Shown here piece after piece: positions 43,437-52,676 of a DNA stretch of 64,000 nt; positions within the stretch are counted from its first letter, which is position 1; each line of letters starts with the position of its first letter. Below the pieces are notes generated by a model. It ran no database searches and had not been told where the DNA came from. It worked only from the letters and a program-made list of their open reading frames with translations. The position numbers were made by a program, and so were the translations under genes. The stretch lies in the NCBI GenBank assembly GCA_963843845.1, contig CAWJMB010000002.1, positions 3,264,001 through 3,328,000 on the forward strand, written 5' to 3'. The stretch comes from an uncultured Gemmatimonadaceae bacterium (lineage in GTDB: Bacteria; Gemmatimonadota; Gemmatimonadetes; Gemmatimonadales; Gemmatimonadaceae).

Positions 43437-44924
43437 GCGATTCCACGCACGACGCGAAGAGGCGGCGCCGCGCGGACGTGCGCGCTCCCTGCGCCGGCTC
43501 CTGCGAGACTTCGTCGAGAGCGCCGCGCCGAACCCGTACCCCGCGGCCGACGCCGTGGCGGACGACGTCGCGCCCGACTGGGCGTCGGTCGGGAGCACGC
43601 TGGCGACGCGCGACGTCGAGTCGCTCGCCGAACGCCGCGCGCGCGACGTGACGCGACGCCGCGTGGCGAGCGCGACCGGCACCGTCATCGCCGACGTCGC
43701 GCCGCCTCCCGCCCCGACGACCGACCGCCGCCTCACGCCGCTCCAGTCGTTCGCCGTCACCATGCACACCGCGGCCGGCCGCGTGCCGCGCTTCGTCGAG
43801 CGCGTCGTCAGCGTCGCCGTGGACGAGCTGGCGGACGTCGTGCGCCGCGGCACGACCGGCGCCGCATTGGGCCTGCTGCTCTGCCTCATGCGTGGCGCGC
43901 CGTGCGCTCGCGGCCGGCGCTCGGCGCAGGACGCGAAGATCCGCGACCTCACGATCGCCGAAGGCGCCGCGCCGATCCGCCTCGTCGGCTACGGGCTCGC
44001 GGTCGGCCTCGACGGCACCGGCGACCAGCGGCGTCGCGCGGCGCGGCGGCATGACCGTGCAGAGCGTCGTCAACCTGCTCCGCAACTTCAACGTCGAGGT
44101 GCCGGCCGAGCTCGATGCGCACGCGCAACGTCGCCGCGGTGCTCGTCACGGCCGAGGTGTCGCCGTACCTGCGCGCCGGCGGCCGCTTCGACGTGCACGT
44201 CTCGTCGCTCGGCGACGCGCGCTCGCTGCGCGGCGGCGTGCTGTGGATGACGCCGCTCGTCGCCGAGGCCGGCGGGCGGCCGCTCGCCGTCGCGCAGGGC
44301 ACGCTCGCTCGTCAGCGAGGCGACCGACCCGCGCGACCGCGCCGCCGCGCCGACGATCGAGACGACCGCGCGCATGCCGAGCGGCGGCCAGCTCGAGGCC
44401 GACCTGCCGCGTCCGACGTTCGCCGGCGCGTCGCGGCTGCTGCTGAAGGAGCCCGACATCGGCACCGCCGCGAAGATCGCCGCGGCGATCAACGGCGCGC
44501 TGGGCGCCGAAGACCGCGAACGTCGAGGATCCCGGCGCCGTCGCGCTCACCCTGCCCGACAGCGGCGACCGCGCGGTCGCGCTCGCCGCAGGTGCGCGAG
44601 CTCGGCGTGCGACCGGAGCGCGTCGCGCGACTCGTCATCGACGGCCGCGACGGCACCGTCGTCGCCGGCGGCGACATGCCGATCGGCGAGGCGGTCGTCA
44701 GCCACGGCGTCATCACGCTGACGATCGGCGGCGCCGCGACGGGACGGCCGTCCGACGCGGCGAACGCGTTCGGCGAGCCTGGCGACGTGCGCCGCGCCGG
44801 CACCTCGGTGCAGAAGATCGCCGCCGCGCTGCACGCCGTGCAGACGCCGCCCGCCGAGATCGCCGCGATCTTCGTCGCGCTGCGCGAGGTCGGCGCGCTG
44901 GCGGCCGAGGTGATCGTCCGATGA
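43433..44924 (+). CDS. flgI: P-ring protein FlgI with long N-terminal extension (frameshifts)
   Basis: KIRDL...LVGYGLAVGLDGTGD, NVAAVLVTAE, SSLGDARSLRGGVL, IDGRDGTVVAG, GALAAEVI. Confidence 0.9.
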
Positions 44925-45314
44925 GGACGCTGGACTGCCGGGGATCGGCGACCGGCGACCGGACATCGGGAGCGCGATCACGACCCGATCCCGATCCCGA
45001 CCCCGGATCCCCGACGAACGACGACGCCCGCCTCCGCCAGTCCGCGCAGCAAGCTCGAAGGCCTCTTCGTCGAGCAGCTGTTCAAGGCCATGCGCGAGAC
45101 GGTGCCGCAGGGCGAGGGCGTCGTCGGTGGCGGCACGGGCGAGGACATGTTCACCGGCCTCATGGATCAGCACCTCGCCGCCGACACTCCCACGCAGTGG
45201 GCGCACGGCCTCTCGGCCGCCGCCTACCGGCAGCTCAGGTCCGCACTCGCCGATCCGGCGACGCAGTCGCCGCCGTCCGCCCAGCCCCCGACCGCTCCCC
45301 TTCCGCTCCGATGA
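44921..45314 (+). CDS. flgJ: FlgJ, rod-binding domain only (frameshift near 45050)
   Basis: LRQSAQ.LEGLFVEQLFKAMRETVP...EDMFTGLMDQHLA; no muramidase domain. Confidence 0.85.
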
Positions 45315-45912
45315 CGGCGACGCCCACGACGCCCTTCGCGCCCACCGCGCCGACGTACAGCCGTCCGCTCGCCACGCAGCGTCTCGCGATGACGACCGGC
45401 GACGGCCCCGCCGCCGTCGCCGTGTCGCGCGCCCTGCTCCACTCGGCCCGGCGGGGCGCTCGACGCGCTGTTGGGCGCACTGCTCGACGCGCTGCGTGGC
45501 GAGCGCAAGCTGCTCGACGATCTCGCCGGCACGATGCGGCGCCAGCGCGCCGCCGTCGCCGTCGACGACCTCGGCGCGGTCGACGACACGGTGTTCGCGA
45601 CGCACCGCCTGCTCGCGACGCTGGGCCAGGCGCGCGTCCGCCGCCGCCAGCTCAACCGCCTGCTCTGCGGCGCCGAGGAGCTGCCGGCGCGCGACCTCGA
45701 TGCGGTGCTCGGCGAGCGGATGACGCCGGCCCTCCGTGACGCGCAGCGTCGCGCTGCAGACCGCCGCGACCGCGCTCACGCGCGAGGTCGAGGTCAATCG
45801 CCGCGTGCTGCGCGACGCGCTCGCGACCGGCGAGGCGCAGGCGCGCGCGCTCACGCACGCCGGCGCGGCGACCGGGATGACCGGCGGCGCCGTGCTCGAT
45901 CGCACCGCCTGA
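45311..45912 (+). CDS. flgN: Export chaperone FlgN-like protein (frameshifts; start uncertain)
   Basis: Helical LLDALRGERKLLDDL...EVEVNRRVLR...LDRTA; lies immediately before flgK. Confidence 0.7.
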
Positions 45913-45924
45913 CGAGGGCGCACC

Positions 45925-47346
45925 ATGTCCATCGGCTCCGTCTTCAGCGTCGCCCGCTCCGCGATGAGTACGCAACAGATCGTCATCGCGACCGTCGGGC
46001 ACAACATCGCGAACGCCGAAGTCGATGGGTACTCGCGGCAGCGCGTCGACCTCGAGGCGAGCGACGCGCAGCACTTTCTGTACGGCGACCTCGGCACGGG
46101 CGTGCGCATCCAGAACATCGGACGCATCCGCGACACGTGGCTCGACGCGGCGTACCGCACCGAGTCGGGGTCCGCGTCGTCGGCGTCGCTCCGCAGCGAC
46201 CTGCTCACGCGCATCGAGCAGGTGCTCGGCGAGCCGTCGGACACCGGACTCGCGTCCGCGATGGACGCGCTCTGGTCGTCGTGGTCCGACCTCGCGACGC
46301 AGCCGACGAGCACGGCGGCGCGAGCGGTCGTGCAGCAGCGGGCGCAGGGAGTCGTGCTGACGCTCAACACCTTCGACCGGCAGCTCACCGACGTGCGCCA
46401 GCAGACGGCCGCGCAGCTCGGCGGCGCGGTGCGCGAGATCAACGAGCTCGTCGACACGATCGCCGGCCTGAACGGCCGCATCGTGTCGAGCGAGGTGAGC
46501 GGGAACGAGGCGCCCGACCTGCGCGACCAGCGCGACCGGGCGCTCGACCGGCTCTCGACGCTCGGCAGCGTGCGCGTGATTCCGTACGCGAACGGCGGGA
46601 CGCAGGTGCTGCTGGGCAACAACGCGCTCGTCGACGGCGTCACCGCGCGTCACGTCGAGACGACGACCGACGCGAGCGGCGGGATCGCGTTGAAGCTGAC
46701 GAGCGGATTCGAGCCGATGCTCCCGGTCGGTGGCGAGACGCAGACGACGCTCGAGTTCCTGAACGGCGACCTCGCGGACACCGAGCGCCGCTTGGACGCG
46801 ATCGCGAGCGCGCTCGTCACGCGGCTCAACGCGCTGCACCGGACGGGGCAGGTCTATCCCTCCGGGGGCACGCCCGCCGCGGCCGGCGACTTCTTCGACG
46901 CGGGCGGCACCACCGCGCGCACGATCACGCTGTCGTCCGACGTCGCGGGCAACCCGGCGAAGATCGCCGCCGCGCTCACGACGCCGAGCGCCGGCGCGGC
47001 CGCGGGTCCGGGGAACAACGAACTCGCGCTCGCGATGGCCGCGCTGCGCGACACCGCCGGGCAGGTGTCGTACACGAGCGCGGCCGGGACCACCGAGACC
47101 GACTCGTTCAACGGCTTCTACCGCACGACCGCGAGCCGGCTCGGCACGCAGCTCACGAGCGCGCGCGTCTCCGCCGAGGTCCACACGACGCTGATGACGC
47201 AGGCCGACACGCGCCGCAAGTCGGAGAGCGGCGTGAACGTCGACGAGGAGCTGACGACGCTGCTCCGCGCGCAGCAGGCGTACGCCGCCGCGGCGAAGGT
47301 CATCTCGGTCGCCGGCGAGATGATGAAGACGCTCGTCGACATGTGA
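45925..47346 (+). CDS. flgK: Hook-associated protein FlgK
   Basis: GHNIANA...GYSRQR, GTGV, DLRDQRD, SGVNVDEE...QQAYAAAAKVI. Confidence 0.96.
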   Translation: MSIGSVFSVARSAMSTQQIVIATVGHNIANAEVDGYSRQRVDLEASDAQHFLYGDLGTGVRIQNIGRIRDTWLDAAYRTESGSASSASLRSDLLTRIEQVLGEPSDTGLASAMDALWSSWSDLATQPTSTAARAVVQQRAQGVVLTLNTFDRQLTDVRQQTAAQLGGAVREINELVDTIAGLNGRIVSSEVSGNEAPDLRDQRDRALDRLSTLGSVRVIPYANGGTQVLLGNNALVDGVTARHVETTTDASGGIALKLTSGFEPMLPVGGETQTTLEFLNGDLADTERRLDAIASALVTRLNALHRTGQVYPSGGTPAAAGDFFDAGGTTARTITLSSDVAGNPAKIAAALTTPSAGAAAGPGNNELALAMAALRDTAGQVSYTSAAGTTETDSFNGFYRTTASRLGTQLTSARVSAEVHTTLMTQADTRRKSESGVNVDEELTTLLRAQQAYAAAAKVISVAGEMMKTLVDM

Positions 47347-47383
47347 CGGGGCGCGTGCTCACCATTCCGTCCGTCACCCGCCC

Positions 47384-47641
47384 GTGCTGATCCTCGGCCG
47401 CCGCCCCGGCGAGTCCATCGTCATCGACGGCGGCATCCGGCTCGTCGTGCTCGCGTGCGACCGCGGCGGCGTGCGGCTCGGCATCGAGGCGCCGCAGACC
47501 GTCGCCATCCTGCGCGGCGAGATCGCCGAGGCGGTCGTCGACGCGAACCGCAGCGCTGCGGCCGTCGACGCGAGCCCGTGGGTGGCGCGGCTGACGGGCG
47601 CCGCACGCGACGGGAACGAACGGGCGCGGGACACGACCTGA
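47384..47641 (+). CDS. csrA: Carbon storage regulator CsrA
   Basis: MLILGRRPGESIVI...VRLGIEAP..V.ILRGEI. Confidence 0.92.
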   Translation: MLILGRRPGESIVIDGGIRLVVLACDRGGVRLGIEAPQTVAILRGEIAEAVVDANRSAAAVDASPWVARLTGAARDGNERARDTT

Positions 47642-47754
47642 GGCTCGGGATCGACCGAACGACTGACGTCGTCGGTACGGCCGAGCACTACGGCGATTCG
47701 CGGAGGCGTGTGCCGTAGCTCGGGTTCCGCGCGTGTGCCCCTCTCGCTGCGTGG

Positions 47755-48260
47755 CTACATCCGCGACAGTCGCACCGACGTCTCGCCGATCGTGAGCCGC
47801 ACGCCGCCGTCGGCCGCGCGCCACGCGACGGTCACGCGGTCCCGCGATCGCGTCTTCGCGCGCGAGAGGAGGACGAGCAGCGCGCGCAGCAGGACGGTCG
47901 GCGACGCGCGAACCGGCGGCGCGTTCGGGTCGGGCACGACGTCGACCGCCACGTCGCGCCAGTCGGGGTGGTGGGCGTGCAGCGCGACGGCCGGCGCGAC
48001 GACGTCCGGCAGGTGAATCGGCTCCGGCGCCGCGTCGTCGCGCTCCTCCCCGGCGAGCTGTCGCACGAGCGCGAGCAGCGCTTCCAGCCGCTCCGCCTCG
48101 TCGCGCAGCATCGCGACGATCGGCGCGGGCGCGCGCGCGTCGGGCTCGAGCATGCCCGCCGCCGCGACGACCGTTCCGACGCGGTTGCTCAGCGCGTGCG
48201 CGAGCCCGCGCAGCAGCGCGCCCTGCTCGTCGGCCCAGGCGGCGGGGTCGAGCGCGGCGT
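47755..48260 (-). CDS. Degenerate histidine-kinase-like protein (HisKA plus vestigial ATPase domain); start codon unclear
   Basis: In-frame H-box GLAHALSNR upstream of the ATG at 48153; EAERLEALL, EPIHL..VV; degenerate N-box LLRALLVLLSRA. Confidence 0.6.
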
Positions 48261-48288
48261 GAAAGTTTTCGAGCGCGACGGCCGATAC
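48261..48288 (+). promoter_or_regulatory. Sigma-28 promoter upstream of motA
   Basis: GAAAGTTT...GCCGATAC (GAAA-N16-GCCGATAC). Confidence 0.75.
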
Positions 48289-48338
48289 TCGAGGGGGGTG
48301 CCTCGCTCTCCTCGTCGCTCTCTCCCGCCGCCGTCACC

Positions 48339-49205
48339 GTGTTCCTCATCATCGGGCTGCGTCATCGTGTTCGGTAGCGTCATCGGCGGCTACGTGATGC
48401 ACCACGGCCAGATCGGGCGTGCTCATCCAGGTCAACGAGTTCATCATCATCGGCGGCGCCGGCGCTCGGCGCCATGGTGATCGCGAATCCGATGGCCGTC
48501 GTCAAGGGCGTCGTTCAGCGGCACGCTGGGCCTGCTCAAGCCGAACCCGTTCTCGCACGACAGCGTACGGCGAGCTGCTGCAGGTACTCTACGAGATCTT
48601 CCAGAAGGCCCGCAAGGACGGCCTGGTCGGGCCTCGAGTCGCACATCGAGGAGCCGGAGAAGAGCGACATCTTCACGAAGTACCCGCGCTTCACCGGAAC
48701 CACCACGCGCGTCGCGCTGCTCGCCGACACGCTGAAGGTGCTGCTCACCGGCGCCGTCGAGGATCACAACCTCGCCGAGATCCTCGACATCGACCTCGAG
48801 CAGCAGCACGAGGCGAACATGCACGTCCCGCACGCGCATCAACAGCGTCGGCGACGCGATGCCGGGCTTCGGCATCGTCGCCGCCGTGCTCGGCGTCATC
48901 ATCACGATGGGCTCGCATCGGCGGCGCGGCGAGCGAGATCGGCGAGAAGGTCGCCGCGGCGCTCGTCGGCACGTTCCTCGGCATCCTGCTCGTCGTACGG
49001 CATGCTCGGGCCGATGGCGAAGGCGATCGAGAACCGCGTGAAGGCGGAGCACGCCTACATGTGCTGCATCCGCACCGCGCTGCTCTCGTTCGCCCGCGGC
49101 GACGCGCCGATGACCGCCGTCGAGTTCGCGCGCCGCAACATCGACCCGCACGACCGCCCGAGCTTCGCGGAGCTCGAGGCGCTGACGAAGAAGAAGGCGG
49201 CATAA
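48339..49205 (+). CDS. motA: Stator protein MotA (many frameshifts)
   Basis: VIGGYVMHHG, EFIIIGGA, KARKDGL..LESHIE, MPGFGIVAAVLGVIITM, AALVGTFLGIL, AVEFARR. Confidence 0.93.
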
Positions 49206-49217
49206 GCCGCGCCGGCG

Positions 49218-50420
49218 ATGCACGACCCCCTGGTCGACGCGCGCTTCGCCCACGAGAAGCGGCTCACCGTCCTCGCCCGACACGGGCAGTCGGTGCGCCG
49301 CCGCTGGGCGTTCGGCGTCCTCGGCCTCGCCCTCGCGGCGGCCAGCGCGCGCTTCGACGTCTTCACGACCCCCTGGTGGCAGGCCGCGGTCCCGACGTCC
49401 GTGCTGCTCGCCGCGAACGCGTGGTGCGCGTGGCGCATCCGCCGGGATCGGGTGCGCGTGCGGCAGTTCTGGGGCATGCTCGCGGCCGACGCGGTCACCA
49501 TCGCCGCGCTCTGCGCGATGGGGGGCGAGCACGGTGAGCTGGCCATCGGCTTCTACCTCGTGATCGCCGCCGCGTACGGGCTCGGACTGCCGCGCGCGGC
49601 GCGCACGCACCTCGCGCTCTCCTCCCTGCTCTACCCCGCCGCCCGCTGGAGCGCCGGGGCCACCACGCCGACCGTCGTCGTCGAGACGGCGTCGATGCTC
49701 GCGCTCGGCTACCTCGCGATCGCGTCGCCGATGCGCTTCACGTACCGGCTGCGCCGCGCCCGCCGCGCGTTAGGCGCCCTCGAGCGCGGCGACTTCTCGC
49801 CGCGCCTCCCGACGCGCGCGATGGACGACCTCGGCTTCCTCGCCGAGAGCGTCAACCGCACCGCGGAGGCGCTGGGCTGTGCGGTCGACGAGCTGCGCCG
49901 CTCGCGCGAGGCGCTCGCCCACCAGGCGTACCACGATCCGCTCACCGGCCTCGCGAACCGCGCGCGGTTCGACGAGCGGCTCGAGCGCGCGCTCGCCGGC
50001 CCGCGCGCGGCCGACGTCGCGATCCTCATGGTCGACCTCGACGACTTCAAGCTCGTGAACGACCGACTCGGCCACGCCGCCGGCGACCGGGTCCTCGTCG
50101 CGGTGGCCGAGCGGCTGCTCGACGCGACGCGCGGCTGCGACACCGTGGCACGCCTCGGCGGCGACGAGTTCACCGTGCTGCTCGAGAACGTCGGCACCAC
50201 GGCGGACGCCGAGGTCGCGGCACGGCGGATCGTGCAGTCGCTCGCCGCACCGTTCGACGTCGACGGTGTGGCGGCGCGCGTCGGCGCGAGCGTCGGCATC
50301 GCGCGCCCGGGGCCTGGCGTGGCCGACGCACCGTCGATGCTCCGGCGTGCAGACGCGGCGATGTATCACGTGAAGGCACGCGGCAAGGGCGGGTTCACCC
50401 TCGGCGACGCGGCTGCCTGA
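49218..50420 (+). CDS. Membrane diguanylate cyclase (TM-HAMP-GGDEF)
   Basis: Several TM segments; HAMP (DDLGFLAESVN); HDPLTGLANR, DLDDFKLVND, RGCD I-site, intact GGDEF. Confidence 0.93.
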   Translation: MHDPLVDARFAHEKRLTVLARHGQSVRRRWAFGVLGLALAAASARFDVFTTPWWQAAVPTSVLLAANAWCAWRIRRDRVRVRQFWGMLAADAVTIAALCAMGGEHGELAIGFYLVIAAAYGLGLPRAARTHLALSSLLYPAARWSAGATTPTVVVETASMLALGYLAIASPMRFTYRLRRARRALGALERGDFSPRLPTRAMDDLGFLAESVNRTAEALGCAVDELRRSREALAHQAYHDPLTGLANRARFDERLERALAGPRAADVAILMVDLDDFKLVNDRLGHAAGDRVLVAVAERLLDATRGCDTVARLGGDEFTVLLENVGTTADAEVAARRIVQSLAAPFDVDGVAARVGASVGIARPGPGVADAPSMLRRADAAMYHVKARGKGGFTLGDAAA

Positions 50421-50425
50421 CCAAC

Positions 50426-50523
50426 GCCGCGTGACGACGGCCGCGTGACCACGGCCGCGTGACGACGGCCGCGTGACCACGGCCGCGTGACCACGGCCGC
50501 GTGACCACGGCCGCGTGACGACG
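50426..50523. repeat. 7 copies of a 14-bp tandem repeat GCCGCGTGACSACG
   Basis: Counted directly; only position 11 varies (C/G). Confidence 0.92.
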
Positions 50524-50703
50524 GCTGGTGGCCGGGCGCCGACGCGGTCCCGGGGTCGTGCGGGAGTCGCCGGAGGGACGGAGCGCATCTGCGACCACGC
50601 CAGACGCCCGATCTCCGCACGATGCCCTGCATGCGGAACGGCCCGGGGCGCTGGTGTGCGCCCCGGGCCGTCTCCATGCCGTGCCCGCCGAGGCGGGCGC
50701 AGG

Positions 50704-51528
50704 TCAGAACGAGTCGTCTTCGCGCACGCCCCACGCGACGAGGTAGCCGCTGAAGTGGTCCGTGAGCGCGCGGATCCGACGCTCGGAACGCTTGTCGGTC
50801 GACGGCATCGTCTCGAGGACGCGCCAGCCGTTGCCCACGTAGACGACGCCGAGCGGCGCGTCCGACCGGGTGATGCAGTCCTTGTAGTCGAAGCTCAGCT
50901 CGACCGGCTTCTGGAACACCAGTCCGTGCGGCGCGAACTGCAGCTCGATCGTCGGTCCGCCCGGCTCGCTCGCCGTGATCTCGGTGTCCGACGTGAGCGC
51001 GCCCGCCGGGATCGAGATCGTGTGCGCGCCGACGCGGATCTCACCGCCCTTCACGCCGATGCGCTTCGTCACGGCCTTCGCCTGCGACGGCTCGCAGCGC
51101 AGCGCTTCCGCCTTCACGTTCCCCTTCTCGACACCCTTCTTGTAGGCGTTCCACTCGTCCTTGAGGCGCTCGTACTCCTCCTTGGAGAGGCGCTTCGCCG
51201 CGCGCGCCGAGTCGGCGGCGGCCTTCTCGGCGGCTTCCGCCGCGTCCTTGCGCGCGTCCTCGGCAGCCTTCGCCGCCTTCTCGGCGCGTTCCTTCGCGTC
51301 CTTCTCGGCCTCGCTCAGCTTGCCGTCGCCGTTCAGGTCCCACGGAACGTCCTTGGCCGAGAGCCCGAGCGCGGGACGCGCGGCGGGCGACGTCGGCACG
51401 CCGGCCGGCGCGTCCGTGCAGGCTGCCGCCGTGCCGGCGAGAGTGAGCGCGAGCACGCTCGTGAGGCGCGTGTCGTCGAGCGAGCGCCGCAGGCGCCGTG
51501 CGTGTCGAGCGATTTCGTGGATGGCCAT
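50704..51528 (-). CDS. Putative lipoprotein with coiled coil and ZU5-like beta domain
   Basis: AAAC lipobox-like site; EK/A-rich helix; IGVKGGEI...IPAGAL...PHGLVFQKPVEL...DHFSGY. Confidence 0.7.
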   Translation of the reverse strand: MAIHEIARHARRLRRSLDDTRLTSVLALTLAGTAAACTDAPAGVPTSPAARPALGLSAKDVPWDLNGDGKLSEAEKDAKERAEKAAKAAEDARKDAAEAAEKAAADSARAAKRLSKEEYERLKDEWNAYKKGVEKGNVKAEALRCEPSQAKAVTKRIGVKGGEIRVGAHTISIPAGALTSDTEITASEPGGPTIELQFAPHGLVFQKPVELSFDYKDCITRSDAPLGVVYVGNGWRVLETMPSTDKRSERRIRALTDHFSGYLVAWGVREDDSF

Positions 51529-51661
51529 TCGGGTTCTCGGGCTGGTACGAGGGGGTATGCGCGATCCGCGCCGGCCGCCGCCCGTGGCGTACGACCTCGT
51601 CCGCGAGTCTCGGCACCGTACCAGCCGATCTTGAGTCACCCGTCGTCGCGCGACCCGGGCG

Positions 51662-51689
51662 TCAACCCGCAGCTCCGAGCGGCCGATAC
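51662..51689 (+). promoter_or_regulatory. Sigma-28 promoter upstream of motB
   Basis: TCAA-N16-GCCGATAC, ending 8 nt before the ATG. Confidence 0.72.
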
Positions 51690-51697
51690 CTCGACGC

Positions 51698-52557
51698 ATG
51701 AAGTCCGACAAGAAGATCATCATCGTCAAGAAGAAGAAGGCCGGCGGCGGCGGCCATCACGGCGGGTCGTGGAAGGTCGCCTACGCCGACTTCGTCACCG
51801 CCATGATGGCCTTCTTCATGGTCATGTGGATTCTCGGCATGGACGACAAGACGAAGGAGGCCGATCGAGGGGTACTTCTCGAACCCGGTCGGCTACAAGA
51901 AGGGCTTCTCCTCCGGCTCGAGCCCCATCGCCGACGGCTCGTCGCCGAGCCGCATCCAGACCGAGCAGCTCCGCATGATCGTCCGCGCCGGCGACAAGAA
52001 GCAGCTCGGCGAGGCGGGGGCGAGCGTGAAGGAGAAGCTCTCGAAGAACGAGGCGCTCGACGAAGCTCGGCGCGAAGGTCGACGTCGCGATGACCAAGGA
52101 GGGGCTCCGCATCGAGCTGATCGAGTCCGGGAACGGCGACATGTTCTTCTCGTTAGGCAGCACGCAGATGCGCCCCGCGGCGGTCGTGGCGCTGCAGGCG
52201 ATCGCCCCGGAGCTGGCGCCGCTGCCGAACCCGATCGTCGTCGAGGGACACACCGACGCCGCGACGTTCGGCGTCGGCACGTCGTTCACGAACTGGGAGC
52301 TGTCGGCCGAGCGCGCGAACGCCGCGCGCCGCGTGCTCATGTCGTCCGGCATCGGCCAGGAGCGCATCGAGGAGGTGCGCGGGCTCGCCGACCGTCGCCT
52401 GCGCGTGCCGGAGGCGCCGCTCGACCCGACGAACCGGCGCATCTCGCTGCTCGTGCGCTTCCGAGACCTCGTTCCCGAGACGACCGTGACCGCCGGCGCG
52501 GCGGACTCGACGCCGGAGATTCTCCGGGTCGCGAGGATCGCGGCGAGGCCGCACTAG
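51698..52557 (+). CDS. motB: Stator protein MotB (frameshifts near 51862 and 52070)
   Basis: [20 protein letters not shown]; OmpA-like [20 protein letters not shown]. Confidence 0.95.
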
Positions 52558-52676
52558 CCGGGCTCGAGCCGAGCCGCCCGCGCGGGCAGCGATCGGCGCT
52601 GGCCGCGCGCCGGCCGCGCGCTGGCGACGTGGGGAGCGTGGCCGTACGTTAGCCGCGGCTCCTCCTCGCCCGTCGC

